DNA of 60,874 nt from Pseudomonadota bacterium (GTDB lineage Bacteria; Bdellovibrionota; Bdellovibrionia; Bdellovibrionales; SG-bin7). Of this stretch, positions 8,906 to 19,553 are shown in pieces. The translations under genes were made by a program, and so were the position numbers. The stretch lies in assembly GCA_034439715.1 (NCBI GenBank), contig JAWXAY010000053.1, positions 1-60,874 on the forward strand. The letters run 5' to 3'. Positions within the stretch are counted from its first letter, which is position 1, and every line of letters starts with the position of its first letter. Under the pieces are notes generated by a model. It was not told the DNA's origin, searched no databases, and was given only the letters and a program-made list of their open reading frames with translations.

Positions 8906-10564
8906 ATGGTGAATTCGAACTCCTGTGCATTAGTATCTATTACAATCCTCTCTCTCTTCTGCTTTAAAGCTTTCAGCCAAAAAACAGAAACATTTGCAGA
9001 CGAAAATTCAAAATGTATGAGCTTAGAATTTCTCGGCCAGGCCAGAGAAGCGTACAGTTGCGATATCGATTGGAGTTTCGATTCATGTGAAGGCGCTATT
9101 CCTGTTGCGGCAGGTGCGTCGCTAGGCATCGGCGCTTACTCAACAAAAAGAATTCAAAGCAATCTTACTAACAGGCCAATAGCCATTGAATTCAATAACT
9201 ACATTGAACAAATAGCAAAGTTTGAGGAGTTAAATCGCACTTATTGGAGTTACCAATATGAAGCCGAGCGAATTAATAAAGTTAATGGCAATGTGTTTGA
9301 TAAATTCCAGATCCATGAATATTCACCAGCCATAGAAGAAAAGTATGAGAAAATGGCAAAAAATCCGGCCTTTAAAGAATTTGAGAATAAATGGATTGAG
9401 GCCAACAAAAACGCCGAGAATGCCAAAGCCAAAGCAAAAGAGTTTCGAAACAAGATCCTCGATCCCATGAGAGACAAGTGGGCGCCCAAGACCTATGACA
9501 AAAATGTTAAACTAAGCCTTAGACAATCTTTCCAACAGCTCACAAATACAGAACTTGCACTCCGAAGGTCCAACTTAGCTAAAATTGAAAGAGATGTTTA
9601 TAAAAAATATTATCCCGATTCGACGTCTGATAAAATCCAAAAGTTGACCGCTGAAATCGCTTCGAACAAAGCAGACTTTGAAAAAGCTCAGAAAAATTTC
9701 AAAAGCGAGGTGTTCAAGGAGCATTCGGCACACCTACAAAGAATGTCGGCACTACGAGGTGGTATTTTAGGTTTAGCTGGTGGCGTAGCACTCGGATTAG
9801 CTATTGAAAAGATACCGCATGCACTAAATTACATTAAGAGCAAAACTTGTAGTAATCTCAAAGGCCACGATGAGGTGCGCGAATACTTACAAATTTCATT
9901 GGGAGTAAATGATTGCGCTGTGGCATTAGATACGCCAAAAGAATTTGATTTACTGACTAAATCACCAATGGAGCGCGCCAGGATTTTTGATAAATATCCC
10001 ATCTTATGTAAAGCGTTTATTAAAAAGTACGACGAACGGGTATCTCGCTTAAGTGGTCTAGCCATTGAACCCACTCTGCTAAAGTGCACAACGAGCAGCG
10101 CCGAAGCGTCGATAAAAATAAATAATAGAAGGTATGATTTCACAATCGACAAGGTCGGTGAAGATTTAGTTATTTCCTCCCAACTTGGGAGAGGCGGCGA
10201 GATTCCCGAAAAACCTGTTTACGTCAATTGGAAGTATTTAACTCGTGAGACTAGGTTTTCATCTGCCGCCCTATCTTCAGACTCCCAATCGGGCTCACTT
10301 ATGAGTACCAATGCCTTGCCGGATGGCGAATTGAATCTCCTTCAACAAAGTTATTTAGATCTTCGAGGAGAGTTTAATCCGCTACTAAGAATGAATACCT
10401 CAGGAAAAAATAATATTCGCTCAGCTTTACCAAGAGATGTAGTGGGCACAGTCGCAGAGCAAAGCATTGCACTTAAACATGGGTTACCGCAGATTGTGCA
10501 GGCTTGTGGGAGCATTTCCGACTTCAGTGGCACAGCTCAGAAGCCTTCGCCACCAGCTCATTGA
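8906..10564 (+). CDS. Secreted hypothetical protein with coiled-coil core and two Gly-rich hydrophobic segments
   Basis: 552-aa ORF; signal peptide; GAIPVAAGASLGIGAY and GGILGLAGGVALGLAI flank a charged helical region. Confidence 0.75.
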   Translation: MVNSNSCALVSITILSLFCFKAFSQKTETFADENSKCMSLEFLGQAREAYSCDIDWSFDSCEGAIPVAAGASLGIGAYSTKRIQSNLTNRPIAIEFNNYIEQIAKFEELNRTYWSYQYEAERINKVNGNVFDKFQIHEYSPAIEEKYEKMAKNPAFKEFENKWIEANKNAENAKAKAKEFRNKILDPMRDKWAPKTYDKNVKLSLRQSFQQLTNTELALRRSNLAKIERDVYKKYYPDSTSDKIQKLTAEIASNKADFEKAQKNFKSEVFKEHSAHLQRMSALRGGILGLAGGVALGLAIEKIPHALNYIKSKTCSNLKGHDEVREYLQISLGVNDCAVALDTPKEFDLLTKSPMERARIFDKYPILCKAFIKKYDERVSRLSGLAIEPTLLKCTTSSAEASIKINNRRYDFTIDKVGEDLVISSQLGRGGEIPEKPVYVNWKYLTRETRFSSAALSSDSQSGSLMSTNALPDGELNLLQQSYLDLRGEFNPLLRMNTSGKNNIRSALPRDVVGTVAEQSIALKHGLPQIVQACGSISDFSGTAQKPSPPAH

Positions 10565-11922
10565 TTGATAGTCCGTGCCTTTTTGAAATACATATAAAAG
10601 GGATAACCAGAACCGATGATCAGTACACCAATGACGCTCTCCCGTGGCAACGAGATTACCGAACTGACGAGAAGCCAAACACTTGTCAGTATGAACAATA
10701 CGGGTGTCCAGGGGTAAAACGGAACTTGGTAAAGGTTGGCTATGGGCTTCTTTTTTCGCCGCTCGACAATCACGCCAAATGTACACATGGTGTAAAATAT
10801 CCATGCCGAAAACACCACATAGTCAGTTAACTGATCAAACGAATTTGTAAATGCAAACGCAATAGAAATTAAGGCTTGAATAATAACCGACATTACTGGC
10901 ACGCGCGTGGTGTGGCTCAGTTTTTCGAAAATATTCGGAAATACTTTAGCTTCACTCATGGCATAAGGAACTCGCGCAGAGGTCAAAATAGAACCATTCA
11001 TTGCTCCTAAAGCAGAAACAACAAAAAGAAACGAAAATATCTTGCCGCTGTTTTCTCCAAAAAAAGATGCGGCGGCCTTTGCAGCTACGGGGAGAGCTTC
11101 TGGATTATACTTAGAACTAGAATTAATGACTTCTTCAAGTGGTAAAACCATAAAGTAACCGATATTTATTAATACATAAACAGCCATGACGATGAGGGTT
11201 CCCCAAATTAAAGCTCTCGGCACATTTTTTTGGGGATCTTTAATTTCTGAAGATACCATCGGCATATTGTTCCAACCATCATATGCCCAAAGAGCTGCCA
11301 TCATAGCGGCAGCAAAAGCCGAAAGACCAGTGAACTCCCCTCTGGCAAAAGTAGCGCTAAGGTCAACACTTGAGCCACCAACTAAAAACATTGCGAGCGC
11401 TAAACCTAAAACCATTAGGATTTTAAGCGCCGTAAGCACCACTTGAAGCCTTCCAGAAACTATAACCGTTAAACAATTAATGCCAGAAAACACGATAATT
11501 GAAATTATGGCCCAGGTTTTAATAAACGTACCACTTTCGGTAACGCCGAGGCCACTAGCAAAAAATGTGGCAGCGCCAATTGCGTAAGCGGCGATCGATG
11601 CCGGCGAACCGATCCAAAAACGCATCCACCCATAAAAAAATCCTGAGAGATCCCCATAAATTTCTTTTAAATAGGCAAACTCGCCGCCGGCACGCGGATA
11701 CCGTGCCCCTAGCTCTGCATAGGACAAAGCACCCGCCAAAGATAAAAGTCCCGCGACCACCCAAGCTGATATTACGTAAAATATACTTTTGAGATCATGG
11801 GCCATAATCGCCGATTTTAAAAAAACTCCGGTACCGATCATCGTTCCAGAAACTAAACCTATTGCCCCAAAAAAACCTAAACCTCGTATCAAACTTAGTT
11901 TTTCTTCAGTTTTTTTATTCAT
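10558..11922 (-). CDS. APC-family amino acid permease
   Basis: GTMIGTGVF, GALSYAELG..YP.AGGEFAYL, LWAYDGWN, about 12 TM segments. Confidence 0.93.
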   Translation of the reverse strand: MNKKTEEKLSLIRGLGFFGAIGLVSGTMIGTGVFLKSAIMAHDLKSIFYVISAWVVAGLLSLAGALSYAELGARYPRAGGEFAYLKEIYGDLSGFFYGWMRFWIGSPASIAAYAIGAATFFASGLGVTESGTFIKTWAIISIIVFSGINCLTVIVSGRLQVVLTALKILMVLGLALAMFLVGGSSVDLSATFARGEFTGLSAFAAAMMAALWAYDGWNNMPMVSSEIKDPQKNVPRALIWGTLIVMAVYVLINIGYFMVLPLEEVINSSSKYNPEALPVAAKAAASFFGENSGKIFSFLFVVSALGAMNGSILTSARVPYAMSEAKVFPNIFEKLSHTTRVPVMSVIIQALISIAFAFTNSFDQLTDYVVFSAWIFYTMCTFGVIVERRKKKPIANLYQVPFYPWTPVLFILTSVWLLVSSVISLPRESVIGVLIIGSGYPFYMYFKKARTINQ

Positions 11923-13778
11923 TTGTTCAGATCCTTCTTAATACGCTCGGCAACTTTTTTATTAAAACCAGGAAGGGCAGCAATTTTTTCCACTTCAGCT
12001 TTGCGAATGGCTTCAATAGAGTCAAACCTTTTAAGTAAAATGTCTTTTCGTTTTTCCCCAAGGCCCTCAATAGAATCAAGTTCGCTCTCCAATAAACTGG
12101 ATTCTCTAATCTTGCGATGATAACTAATGGCAAATCGGTGGGCCTCATCACGAAGGCTCACTAGAATATGAAGGGCGTCTTCGTTTCGCGCAAAAATCAC
12201 GGGATTCTGCCGACCAGGAAGAAAAAAGCGCTCCTCTGTTTGCGTCACTTCTTGATCCGAAAACTCACCTTGTGTTCGAGCTTTGGCCAGCCCAACCACA
12301 GGGATATCAAGTCGACCAATCTCCTTTAATACTTTGACTACTTGATTCAACTGCCCTTTGCCACCATCCACAACTACCAAATCCGGATCATCGTACTCCG
12401 TATGTCTAAAGCGCCTTTCCAAAACCTCTTTTATCGAGGCATAGTCATCTGGTCCTGTAACGGTTTTTATCTTGTAGCGACGATACTCATCCTTTTCGGG
12501 CACTCCATCAATAAAAACAACTTGAGATCCTACTGATTCTTGGCCTTGAAAATTACTGATATCATAGCACTCTATTCGTCTGGGGCGCCTTACTAGGTGG
12601 AGTCTCTTCTGAATATATTCCAAAGCTTTTTCTTTATTCTCGGAACGGGTGAGGTGAAGTCCAAATTGTGACTCCGCATTCTTCTCAGCCATTTCTATGA
12701 GGCGACGGCCATTTTCATCTGTGGCAAATCTCACTCGAACCTTTTTGTCTTTCCGTTTAGTCAACACTTCGTTTAATAGTTTTGTGAGATCCTGTCCAAT
12801 TTCCACTGATAAAAGCACTTCGTCAGGAACAATGTTTTCATAATAATATTGATTAAGAAAATCGACTAACCACTCGCGGACATCTTCCTTACTTGAAGAT
12901 AAATTAATTTGTGGTAAAAAATGATTCCTCTGACCTATTACGCGGCCCTGGCGCACGTGTACTGTCGCCACCAATGTTCCTCGCTCGTCTCCAAAAAAGC
13001 CGACGGCATCTTGATTTTCTAGGCTATTGGCATTAATCACGCTCTGTTTTTCTAAGATAGTTTCTAACGCTCTCAAGCTGTCCCGCACCTTGACCGCTCT
13101 CTCAAATCGTTCTTCTTTGGCGGCGAGCTTCATTTCTCTTTCAAGGTTTTTAATAACTTTGCTGTTTTCTCCATTTAAAAATGCTAAAGCGCCGTTGATG
13201 TCCTTGCGGTATTCTTTTTCACCGACTAGCTTTACGCATGGGGCCTTACACCGATTGATCTCATAGGTCATGCAAGGTCGTTGTCTCGCGCGCATAAAGC
13301 CATCGTTACAATCTCGCACCATGTAGGTTTCGTTTAAAAAGCGAATTGTCTCTTTAACCACGAAGCCATTTGTATAGGGCCCAAAATACATCGAGCCATC
13401 TTTGACAACTTTGCGACATAAATAAAGACGTGGAAATTTATCGGCGAGACTGAGGCGAATATAGGGATAATTCTTGTCGTCCTTAAGTCTAATATTATAT
13501 TTGGGACGATGCTTTTTTATAAGGCTGGCTTCTAGTAAAAATGCCTCAACTTCGGTTTTAGTAATTATGTACTCAACATGACTAATCTGCTTTACTAAAA
13601 AAACAGTTTTCGGACTTTGATCTCCTGAAGCGTTAAAATAGCTGCGCACTCTGTTTCTGAGATTCTTTCCTTTGCCGACATAAATAATTTTACCCACAGG
13701 GTTCTTCATAAGATAGACACCCGGGTCTTTGGGGAATTCGTTGACGAGGTCTTTTAGTTTAACTGACTTCTTTGCCAC
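11919..13778 (-). CDS. uvrC: Excinuclease ABC subunit C
   Basis: GIY-YIG N-terminus [48 protein letters not shown]-terminal HhH. Confidence 0.98.
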   Translation of the reverse strand: MAKKSVKLKDLVNEFPKDPGVYLMKNPVGKIIYVGKGKNLRNRVRSYFNASGDQSPKTVFLVKQISHVEYIITKTEVEAFLLEASLIKKHRPKYNIRLKDDKNYPYIRLSLADKFPRLYLCRKVVKDGSMYFGPYTNGFVVKETIRFLNETYMVRDCNDGFMRARQRPCMTYEINRCKAPCVKLVGEKEYRKDINGALAFLNGENSKVIKNLEREMKLAAKEERFERAVKVRDSLRALETILEKQSVINANSLENQDAVGFFGDERGTLVATVHVRQGRVIGQRNHFLPQINLSSSKEDVREWLVDFLNQYYYENIVPDEVLLSVEIGQDLTKLLNEVLTKRKDKKVRVRFATDENGRRLIEMAEKNAESQFGLHLTRSENKEKALEYIQKRLHLVRRPRRIECYDISNFQGQESVGSQVVFIDGVPEKDEYRRYKIKTVTGPDDYASIKEVLERRFRHTEYDDPDLVVVDGGKGQLNQVVKVLKEIGRLDIPVVGLAKARTQGEFSDQEVTQTEERFFLPGRQNPVIFARNEDALHILVSLRDEAHRFAISYHRKIRESSLLESELDSIEGLGEKRKDILLKRFDSIEAIRKAEVEKIAALPGFNKKVAERIKKDLNK

Positions 13779-15858
13779 TACTCACTTCACCCTCTGTGGT
13801 TTTGTCAAACTCTCGATCAATACTACCCGACATCATCGCTAATTGTTTTAGCTGGAGCCGTTTGATTTCATCTCTCAGTTCAGCGGCACGTTCAAATTCT
13901 AAATTCTCTGACATTTTCTTCATTTCTTTTCGGAGCTTGGCGATTTCCTTAGCTAGTTTCTCGGGTGGCACCAAAGTGTGCTCTCCCTTGCCCTTAACAA
14001 TCACAGGCTTTGTAGGAACCGTCGAGTAATCGGACTCATAAATATGGCCTAACCCTTCCCGAACCAATTTTTTTATGGTTTCAGGCGTAATGCCATTCTT
14101 AGTGTTATATTCTTCTTGCTTCTCCCTACGACGTTTAGTCTCATCCATAGCCTTTCGCATAGAATCCGTTATTTTATCAGCATAGAGGATAACTTTACCT
14201 TCAGCATTGCGTGCGGCACGGCCTATTGTCTGAATTAGTGAGCGGTGAGATCTTAAAAAGCCCTCTTTGTCTGCATCGGTGATCGTCACGAGACTGACCT
14301 CGGGTAAATCGAGCCCTTCTCTGAGCAAGTTAATTCCCACTAAAACATCAAAAACGCCCAGGCGAAGGTCTCTAATTATCTCAGTTCTCTCAATGGTTTT
14401 TATGTCACTATGGAGGTACTTTACCTTTACACCCAATCCCGCTAAATAATCAGTCAAATCCTCCGCACTTTTTTTAGTGAGCGTGGTAACAAGAACACGT
14501 TCTTTTTTCTTAGCCCTCTCTCGCGCCTCTTTTAAAATATCATCAACTTGATGTTTGGCTGGCCTTACTTCAACGATCGGGTCAAGTAATCCAGTCGGCC
14601 GAATTATCTGCTCTATGATTAGTCCATTAGATTTTTGCAGTTCGTAAGGCCCAGGTGTCGCTGACACGTAAACAACTTTATCTGCAAAATTCTCAAATTC
14701 CTGAAAATTAAGAGGTCTGTTGTCAAGAGCGGAGGGAAGTCTAAAACCATGCTCAACCAAAGTTGACTTTCGAGATCGATCACCCCGGTACATACCTCCA
14801 ATTTGGGGAATTGTAATATGGCTCTCGTCTACAAAAGTAAGAAACTCATCCGGAAAGTATTCCAAGAGTGTTGGCGGCGGCTCCCCTGCCTGTCTACCCG
14901 TCAGGTGCCGCGAGTAATTTTCGATGCCCTGACAAAATCCCATTTCATCGATCATTTCAATATCATAATATGTCCTCTGCTCTATTCTCTGTGCTTCTAC
15001 CATTTTAATTTCGCTATTAAAATGGTTAATTCTTTCTCTCAGCTCTTCCTGTATTCCTTTGACGGCGTGTTTGATTTTATCTTGAGAGGTTACATAGTGA
15101 CTTGCTGGATACACAGCTACTTTATCAACCTCCTCTAAAATTTTTCCGGTAAGAGGGTCGGCCCAAGATATCTTGTCTATATAGTTTCCAAAAAGTTCCA
15201 CTCGAATGACCTTTTGGTCTTCGTAGGGTGGAAACACCTCCACTACATCGCCACGCACTCTAAATGTGCCCCGCTCAAATTCAAGATCGTTTCGTGAATA
15301 TTGAATTCGCACAAGCTCTCTCAACAGCCCATCGCGTTTAATTTCTTCACCATTCTCAAGGAGAACCACCATATTTTCATAAGCTTCAGGACTTCCAAGA
15401 CCGTAAATACAAGAGACACTGCTCACGATGATCACATCACGTCGCTCAAAAAGTGCATGAGTGGCCGAATGGCGCATTTTATCTATTTGTTCGTTTATCG
15501 CTGAATCTTTTTCAATAAACGTATTTGTCGCTGGCAAATAGGCCTCAGGTTGGTAAAAATCATAGTAACTGACAAAATATTCAACCGCATTGTGCGGAAA
15601 AAGTTCTTTAAACTCACCGTAAAGCTGAGCCGCCAAGGTTTTATTGGGAGCCAAAATTATTGAGGGCAAGTTTAACTGATTAATAACGTTCGCCACTGAA
15701 AAAGTTTTGCCACTGCCAGTAACCCCCAAAAGCACTTGGTGATTTTGACCCGCGCGAATGTTTTCTACCATAGATTGAATCGCCTGGGGTTGATCGCCGG
15801 CAGGTTGAAAGGAGCTGACTAGTTGAAAGGGTTTTATAATGCGAGGAGTCCGCTTCAC
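13759..15858 (-). CDS. uvrB: Excinuclease ABC subunit B
   Basis: [35 protein letters not shown]-terminal UVR domain. Confidence 0.99.
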   Translation of the reverse strand: MKRTPRIIKPFQLVSSFQPAGDQPQAIQSMVENIRAGQNHQVLLGVTGSGKTFSVANVINQLNLPSIILAPNKTLAAQLYGEFKELFPHNAVEYFVSYYDFYQPEAYLPATNTFIEKDSAINEQIDKMRHSATHALFERRDVIIVSSVSCIYGLGSPEAYENMVVLLENGEEIKRDGLLRELVRIQYSRNDLEFERGTFRVRGDVVEVFPPYEDQKVIRVELFGNYIDKISWADPLTGKILEEVDKVAVYPASHYVTSQDKIKHAVKGIQEELRERINHFNSEIKMVEAQRIEQRTYYDIEMIDEMGFCQGIENYSRHLTGRQAGEPPPTLLEYFPDEFLTFVDESHITIPQIGGMYRGDRSRKSTLVEHGFRLPSALDNRPLNFQEFENFADKVVYVSATPGPYELQKSNGLIIEQIIRPTGLLDPIVEVRPAKHQVDDILKEARERAKKKERVLVTTLTKKSAEDLTDYLAGLGVKVKYLHSDIKTIERTEIIRDLRLGVFDVLVGINLLREGLDLPEVSLVTITDADKEGFLRSHRSLIQTIGRAARNAEGKVILYADKITDSMRKAMDETKRRREKQEEYNTKNGITPETIKKLVREGLGHIYESDYSTVPTKPVIVKGKGEHTLVPPEKLAKEIAKLRKEMKKMSENLEFERAAELRDEIKRLQLKQLAMMSGSIDREFDKTTEGEVSSGKEVS

Positions 15859-15892
15859 TGTTTTTTCCTCAGTTGTTTTCTAAAATTTTTTG

Positions 15893-17350
15893 CTACTTTT
15901 TAACTTCCCAAAAAGTTCCTGTGGGAGTGTCGTGAACGGAGATCCCTTTTTGGCTCAGCTCATCCCGTAACCGGTCGCTCTCGGCAAAATTTTTGTTTTT
16001 TCTGGCTTCAATTCGCAAGTTCACCAGAGAGTCTATATCCGAGCGCAGGAGGCTCATTTGCTTAAGCAGCATATCGTCCAGCACACCTAAGAATGCTTTG
16101 GGTTCTTTTTGAAACAGAGCCATTAGGGCCCCATGATCCCTTAGCCAAGCACTAAAAGCTAGTGCTCTTGCTTTTACTTTTTCGGTAATCTTTTGTCCGC
16201 GCGTATAACTCTGATTAAAAGCTCTTACTACTTCAAATATTCGCGCTAAAACCTCAGGTGTATTAAAATCATCGTTGAGACCTACTTCTATTCCTTGACC
16301 GGCGCTTTCCAAAACCTTTTTAAATTCGGGATCTAAAGTCTCGGCCTTTACCTCGCTTTCAATAATTTCGCTCGAAAGCGCAAGTGCGGAATAAAATCGG
16401 GCCAGACCAGACACTGCATGACTTACCTGATTTACCGAAAAATCAATTTTTGAGCGGTAGTGAGTAGACGTCATCATATACTTAAAAATTTCGGGATGGT
16501 ATGTGGTAAAAAAGTTTCTCCCGGTAATAATATTACCAAGTGATTTTGACATTTTTTCGTCGCCAAAGTTCAAAAACTCATTGTGCATCCAAATCGTTAC
16601 AAAAGGCCTATTTGAGGCACCCTCGCTTTGGGCAATTTCATTTTCATGATGTGGAAATATCAAATCAATACCGCCGCCATGAATATCGATAGTCTCACCC
16701 AATAGTGTTTGGCTCATGGCCGTACATTCAATATGCCAGCCAGGCCGGCCATCTCCCCACGGTGAAGGCCACTTCGGTTCGCCAGGTTTGGCGGGCTTCC
16801 ATAACGAAAAATCAAATGGATTTTTCTTTCTTTTGTCCACTTCAACGCGTATGCCAGCCACAAGCTCGTCGATTTTTTTGCCACTGAGTTTACCGTAGCG
16901 TGGAATGTCTTCAATAGAACACAGCACTTCTCCATCAATGACATAAGCTTTCTTGTTAGCAATTAACTTTTCAATAGTAGAGACAATAGGTCCCATAAAT
17001 TCAGTCACACGCGGATTATGACTGTGAGGTTTTAATTCCAAAGAGTTAAAATCTTTCTTAAACTCCTCAATAAATTGATTTGCGATGTCTTCTGATTTTT
17101 TTCCTTCTCGATTGGCACGGTCTATTATTTTATCGTCCACATCGGTATAATTATAAACAAAGGTCACTTGATAGCCTAATTTTTCGAGCCAATTTCTTAC
17201 CAAATTAAAAAAAACAGCTCCTCTAAAATTGCCAATATGCAAGAAATCATAAACTGTGGGGCCACAGACATACATCGATACTTTAGGCGGATTTAGAGGC
17301 CTAAATTCTTCTTTTTTCTTAGTTTGAGTATTGAAAATTACTAAACTCAT
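15893..17350 (-). CDS. cysS: Cysteine--tRNA ligase
   Basis: YVCGPTVY..HIGN, GRPGWHIEC, DIHGGG.DL.FPHHENE, KMSKS. Confidence 0.99.
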   Translation of the reverse strand: MSLVIFNTQTKKKEEFRPLNPPKVSMYVCGPTVYDFLHIGNFRGAVFFNLVRNWLEKLGYQVTFVYNYTDVDDKIIDRANREGKKSEDIANQFIEEFKKDFNSLELKPHSHNPRVTEFMGPIVSTIEKLIANKKAYVIDGEVLCSIEDIPRYGKLSGKKIDELVAGIRVEVDKRKKNPFDFSLWKPAKPGEPKWPSPWGDGRPGWHIECTAMSQTLLGETIDIHGGGIDLIFPHHENEIAQSEGASNRPFVTIWMHNEFLNFGDEKMSKSLGNIITGRNFFTTYHPEIFKYMMTSTHYRSKIDFSVNQVSHAVSGLARFYSALALSSEIIESEVKAETLDPEFKKVLESAGQGIEVGLNDDFNTPEVLARIFEVVRAFNQSYTRGQKITEKVKARALAFSAWLRDHGALMALFQKEPKAFLGVLDDMLLKQMSLLRSDIDSLVNLRIEARKNKNFAESDRLRDELSQKGISVHDTPTGTFWEVKK

Positions 17351-17376
17351 ACCTAAAAACCACCCCGCTTCACTAA

Positions 17377-18852
17377 TTATATTTTTAAACAGCGATTGGC
17401 CCGTGCGACAAGAACATCTTTACTGAGCAAGGGAACGAGCTGTTTTAGTTCGGCGCCATGAGGCTTGCCAATGATGGCTACCCTTGTTGGCATAAATAAA
17501 AATTTACCTTTAACATTACATTCGTCTTTAACAGAATTAATAATCGCATCAAACTCGGCTGTACTTAAATACATTTTGCCGCAGCCCTCTATTTTTTCTC
17601 GCCACTTAGTTATAACCTTGAAAGAGGTTTCCCATTTCAAAACTTCTTTACCCTCGTCGTTTAAGTCGAGCTCTGTGAGACTAAGTGGTCTAAATAACTC
17701 TACGGCGTCGACCAAGGTCTCCATCGAAGTTTTCATAAGTCCAATGGCCTTATCCTGCCACTCAATATCGCTCGGCAGTTTTAAACCCGCACCATCAAAA
17801 AATGGCAATAGCTTTTGCCAAAGCTCAGCATGAGGCATAGTTCGAATGTACTGTGCGTTTACCCATTTTAATTTAACTTCATCAAATACCGCAGCAGCGG
17901 GATTTAAGCGATCCAAATCAAATTGTTCGATAAGCTCACTTTCGGTAAAAATTTCTTGGCCTTTTGGAGAGCTCCAGCCCAAAAGCGCAATATAATTTTT
18001 TATGGCTTCGGGCAGATAGCCTTTTTCTTTGTACTCGTGGCAACTCGTATCGCCATGACGTTTACTGAGTTTTTGACGGTCGGCTCCTAGAATAATTGAG
18101 AGGTGGCCAAAAATTGGAATTTCAAACCCCAGAGCTTCATAAATCAAAAGTTGTCTTAGTGTATTACTTAAGTGTTCCTCAGCGCGAAGAACATGAGTAA
18201 TTTCCATGAGGGCGTCGTCAATCGTGCAACAAAAATTATAGACTGGCATCCCATCAGAACGCAGTAAAATAAAATCGCCCAGCATTCCCGGCGGAAATAC
18301 CACTTCTCCACGTATGAGATCGTTAAACTTCACATCATGAGTATGGGTTACTAAAAAACGAACCGCGCCTTTTTCTCCGCGAGAAATTTTTTGCTTCGCA
18401 GTTTCAATGTCTATCTTTCGGCAGGTGCCATCATAATGAGGTGGGCGGCCCTCTTTCATGGCTTTTTGACGTTTTCGTTCAAGGTCCTCGTCGGTACAAA
18501 AACAATAAAAAGCCTTTCCCTGTGCTAAAATTTGATCAGAATATTTTTTATAAATTTCGAGACGCTGACTTTGGCGATAAGGAGCAAACGAACCCAAATC
18601 TTTTAAAGTTTTTGGGTCTGGCCCTTCATCCCAATTAAGTCCCAACCAAAGCAAGTCTTCAACTTGCATTTTTAATGCGTCTTCTGTGCTTCGAACCTGA
18701 TCTGTGTCTTCAACTCTTAAAACATATTCTCCGCCGGTATGTTTGGCGTAAAGATAGGAGTAAAGCGCAGTGCGCGCACCACCCACATGCAAATAACCGG
18801 TAGGACTAGGCGCAAATCTCGTTCGAACTTTGCCTATTGTATTTTTTGGCAT
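17377..18852 (-). CDS. gltX: Glutamate--tRNA ligase
   Basis: RFAPSPTGYLHVGG, LRVEDTD, KLSKR. Confidence 0.98.
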   Translation of the reverse strand: MPKNTIGKVRTRFAPSPTGYLHVGGARTALYSYLYAKHTGGEYVLRVEDTDQVRSTEDALKMQVEDLLWLGLNWDEGPDPKTLKDLGSFAPYRQSQRLEIYKKYSDQILAQGKAFYCFCTDEDLERKRQKAMKEGRPPHYDGTCRKIDIETAKQKISRGEKGAVRFLVTHTHDVKFNDLIRGEVVFPPGMLGDFILLRSDGMPVYNFCCTIDDALMEITHVLRAEEHLSNTLRQLLIYEALGFEIPIFGHLSIILGADRQKLSKRHGDTSCHEYKEKGYLPEAIKNYIALLGWSSPKGQEIFTESELIEQFDLDRLNPAAAVFDEVKLKWVNAQYIRTMPHAELWQKLLPFFDGAGLKLPSDIEWQDKAIGLMKTSMETLVDAVELFRPLSLTELDLNDEGKEVLKWETSFKVITKWREKIEGCGKMYLSTAEFDAIINSVKDECNVKGKFLFMPTRVAIIGKPHGAELKQLVPLLSKDVLVARANRCLKI

Positions 18853-18872
18853 TATTGAATCGAAAAGAGATT

Positions 18873-19379
18873 TTATAAACCGAAAATCTCTTTAATTCCT
18901 TCCTCTTCATCAAACTTCGAGGATTTTGTGGCTAAACGCAACTCTTTTAAGAGTAGGCTTCGAGCTGTGTCGAGAAGTTTGCGCTCCCCAAAACTCAGCT
19001 CTTTATCGACCTTAAGCAAAAACAGATCGCGCAAAACTTCAGCAATTTCAAACACCGAACCGGTCTTAATTTTTTCCATATATTCACGATAACGGCGATT
19101 CCATGTTTGGTTATCTACTTTGGCTTCGTTTTCTTTCAATATACCAATGACCTCTTGCGCCTCTTCTTCAGAAATAATTGGGCGCAGACCTACATTTTGA
19201 ATATTATTTTTGGGAATCATAATTTTCATTCCCGTTTCTAAAATTTCAATCGTGTAGAAAATATGAGCCTTGCCCAAAATCATTTTTGAATCTATAGAAA
19301 CTACTCGCCCCACTCCATGCCCTGGATATACCGCATTATCATTAACTAATAGCTCGGTTATAGTGAGCATTTTAGGCAT
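18873..19379 (-). CDS. carD: CarD/CdnL family RNA polymerase-binding protein
   Basis: VYPGHGVG, WNRRYREYMEKIKTGS.FEIAEVLRDL, LSFGERK; likely start ATG 19379 or 19370. Confidence 0.93.
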   Translation of the reverse strand: MPKMLTITELLVNDNAVYPGHGVGRVVSIDSKMILGKAHIFYTIEILETGMKIMIPKNNIQNVGLRPIISEEEAQEVIGILKENEAKVDNQTWNRRYREYMEKIKTGSVFEIAEVLRDLFLLKVDKELSFGERKLLDTARSLLLKELRLATKSSKFDEEEGIKEIFGL

Positions 19380-19553
19380 TCTTCGTTCATTCTGTTTTTG
19401 ATTATTTTTTATTATCACCTGTAAGAGCCCCCAACAGGCATAATGTATATCACTTTTGCCGCCAGTTATCAATAAAAACATGTGATTTCAGGTACTTAAC
19501 TAAAATATTTACAATTGCTTGATTTAAGTGTTTGTACCAAGGTTTCCAGTACC

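Noticed and set aside
8764..10830. Short antisense and overlapping ORFs here and throughout the ORF track
   Set aside because: Shadow frames of longer well-supported genes, with no motifs or SD of their own
19433..19460. dif-like sequence GCATAA-TGTATA-T
   Set aside because: The XerD arm (TCACTTTTGCC vs TTATGTTAAAT) does not match; more likely part of the carD promoter
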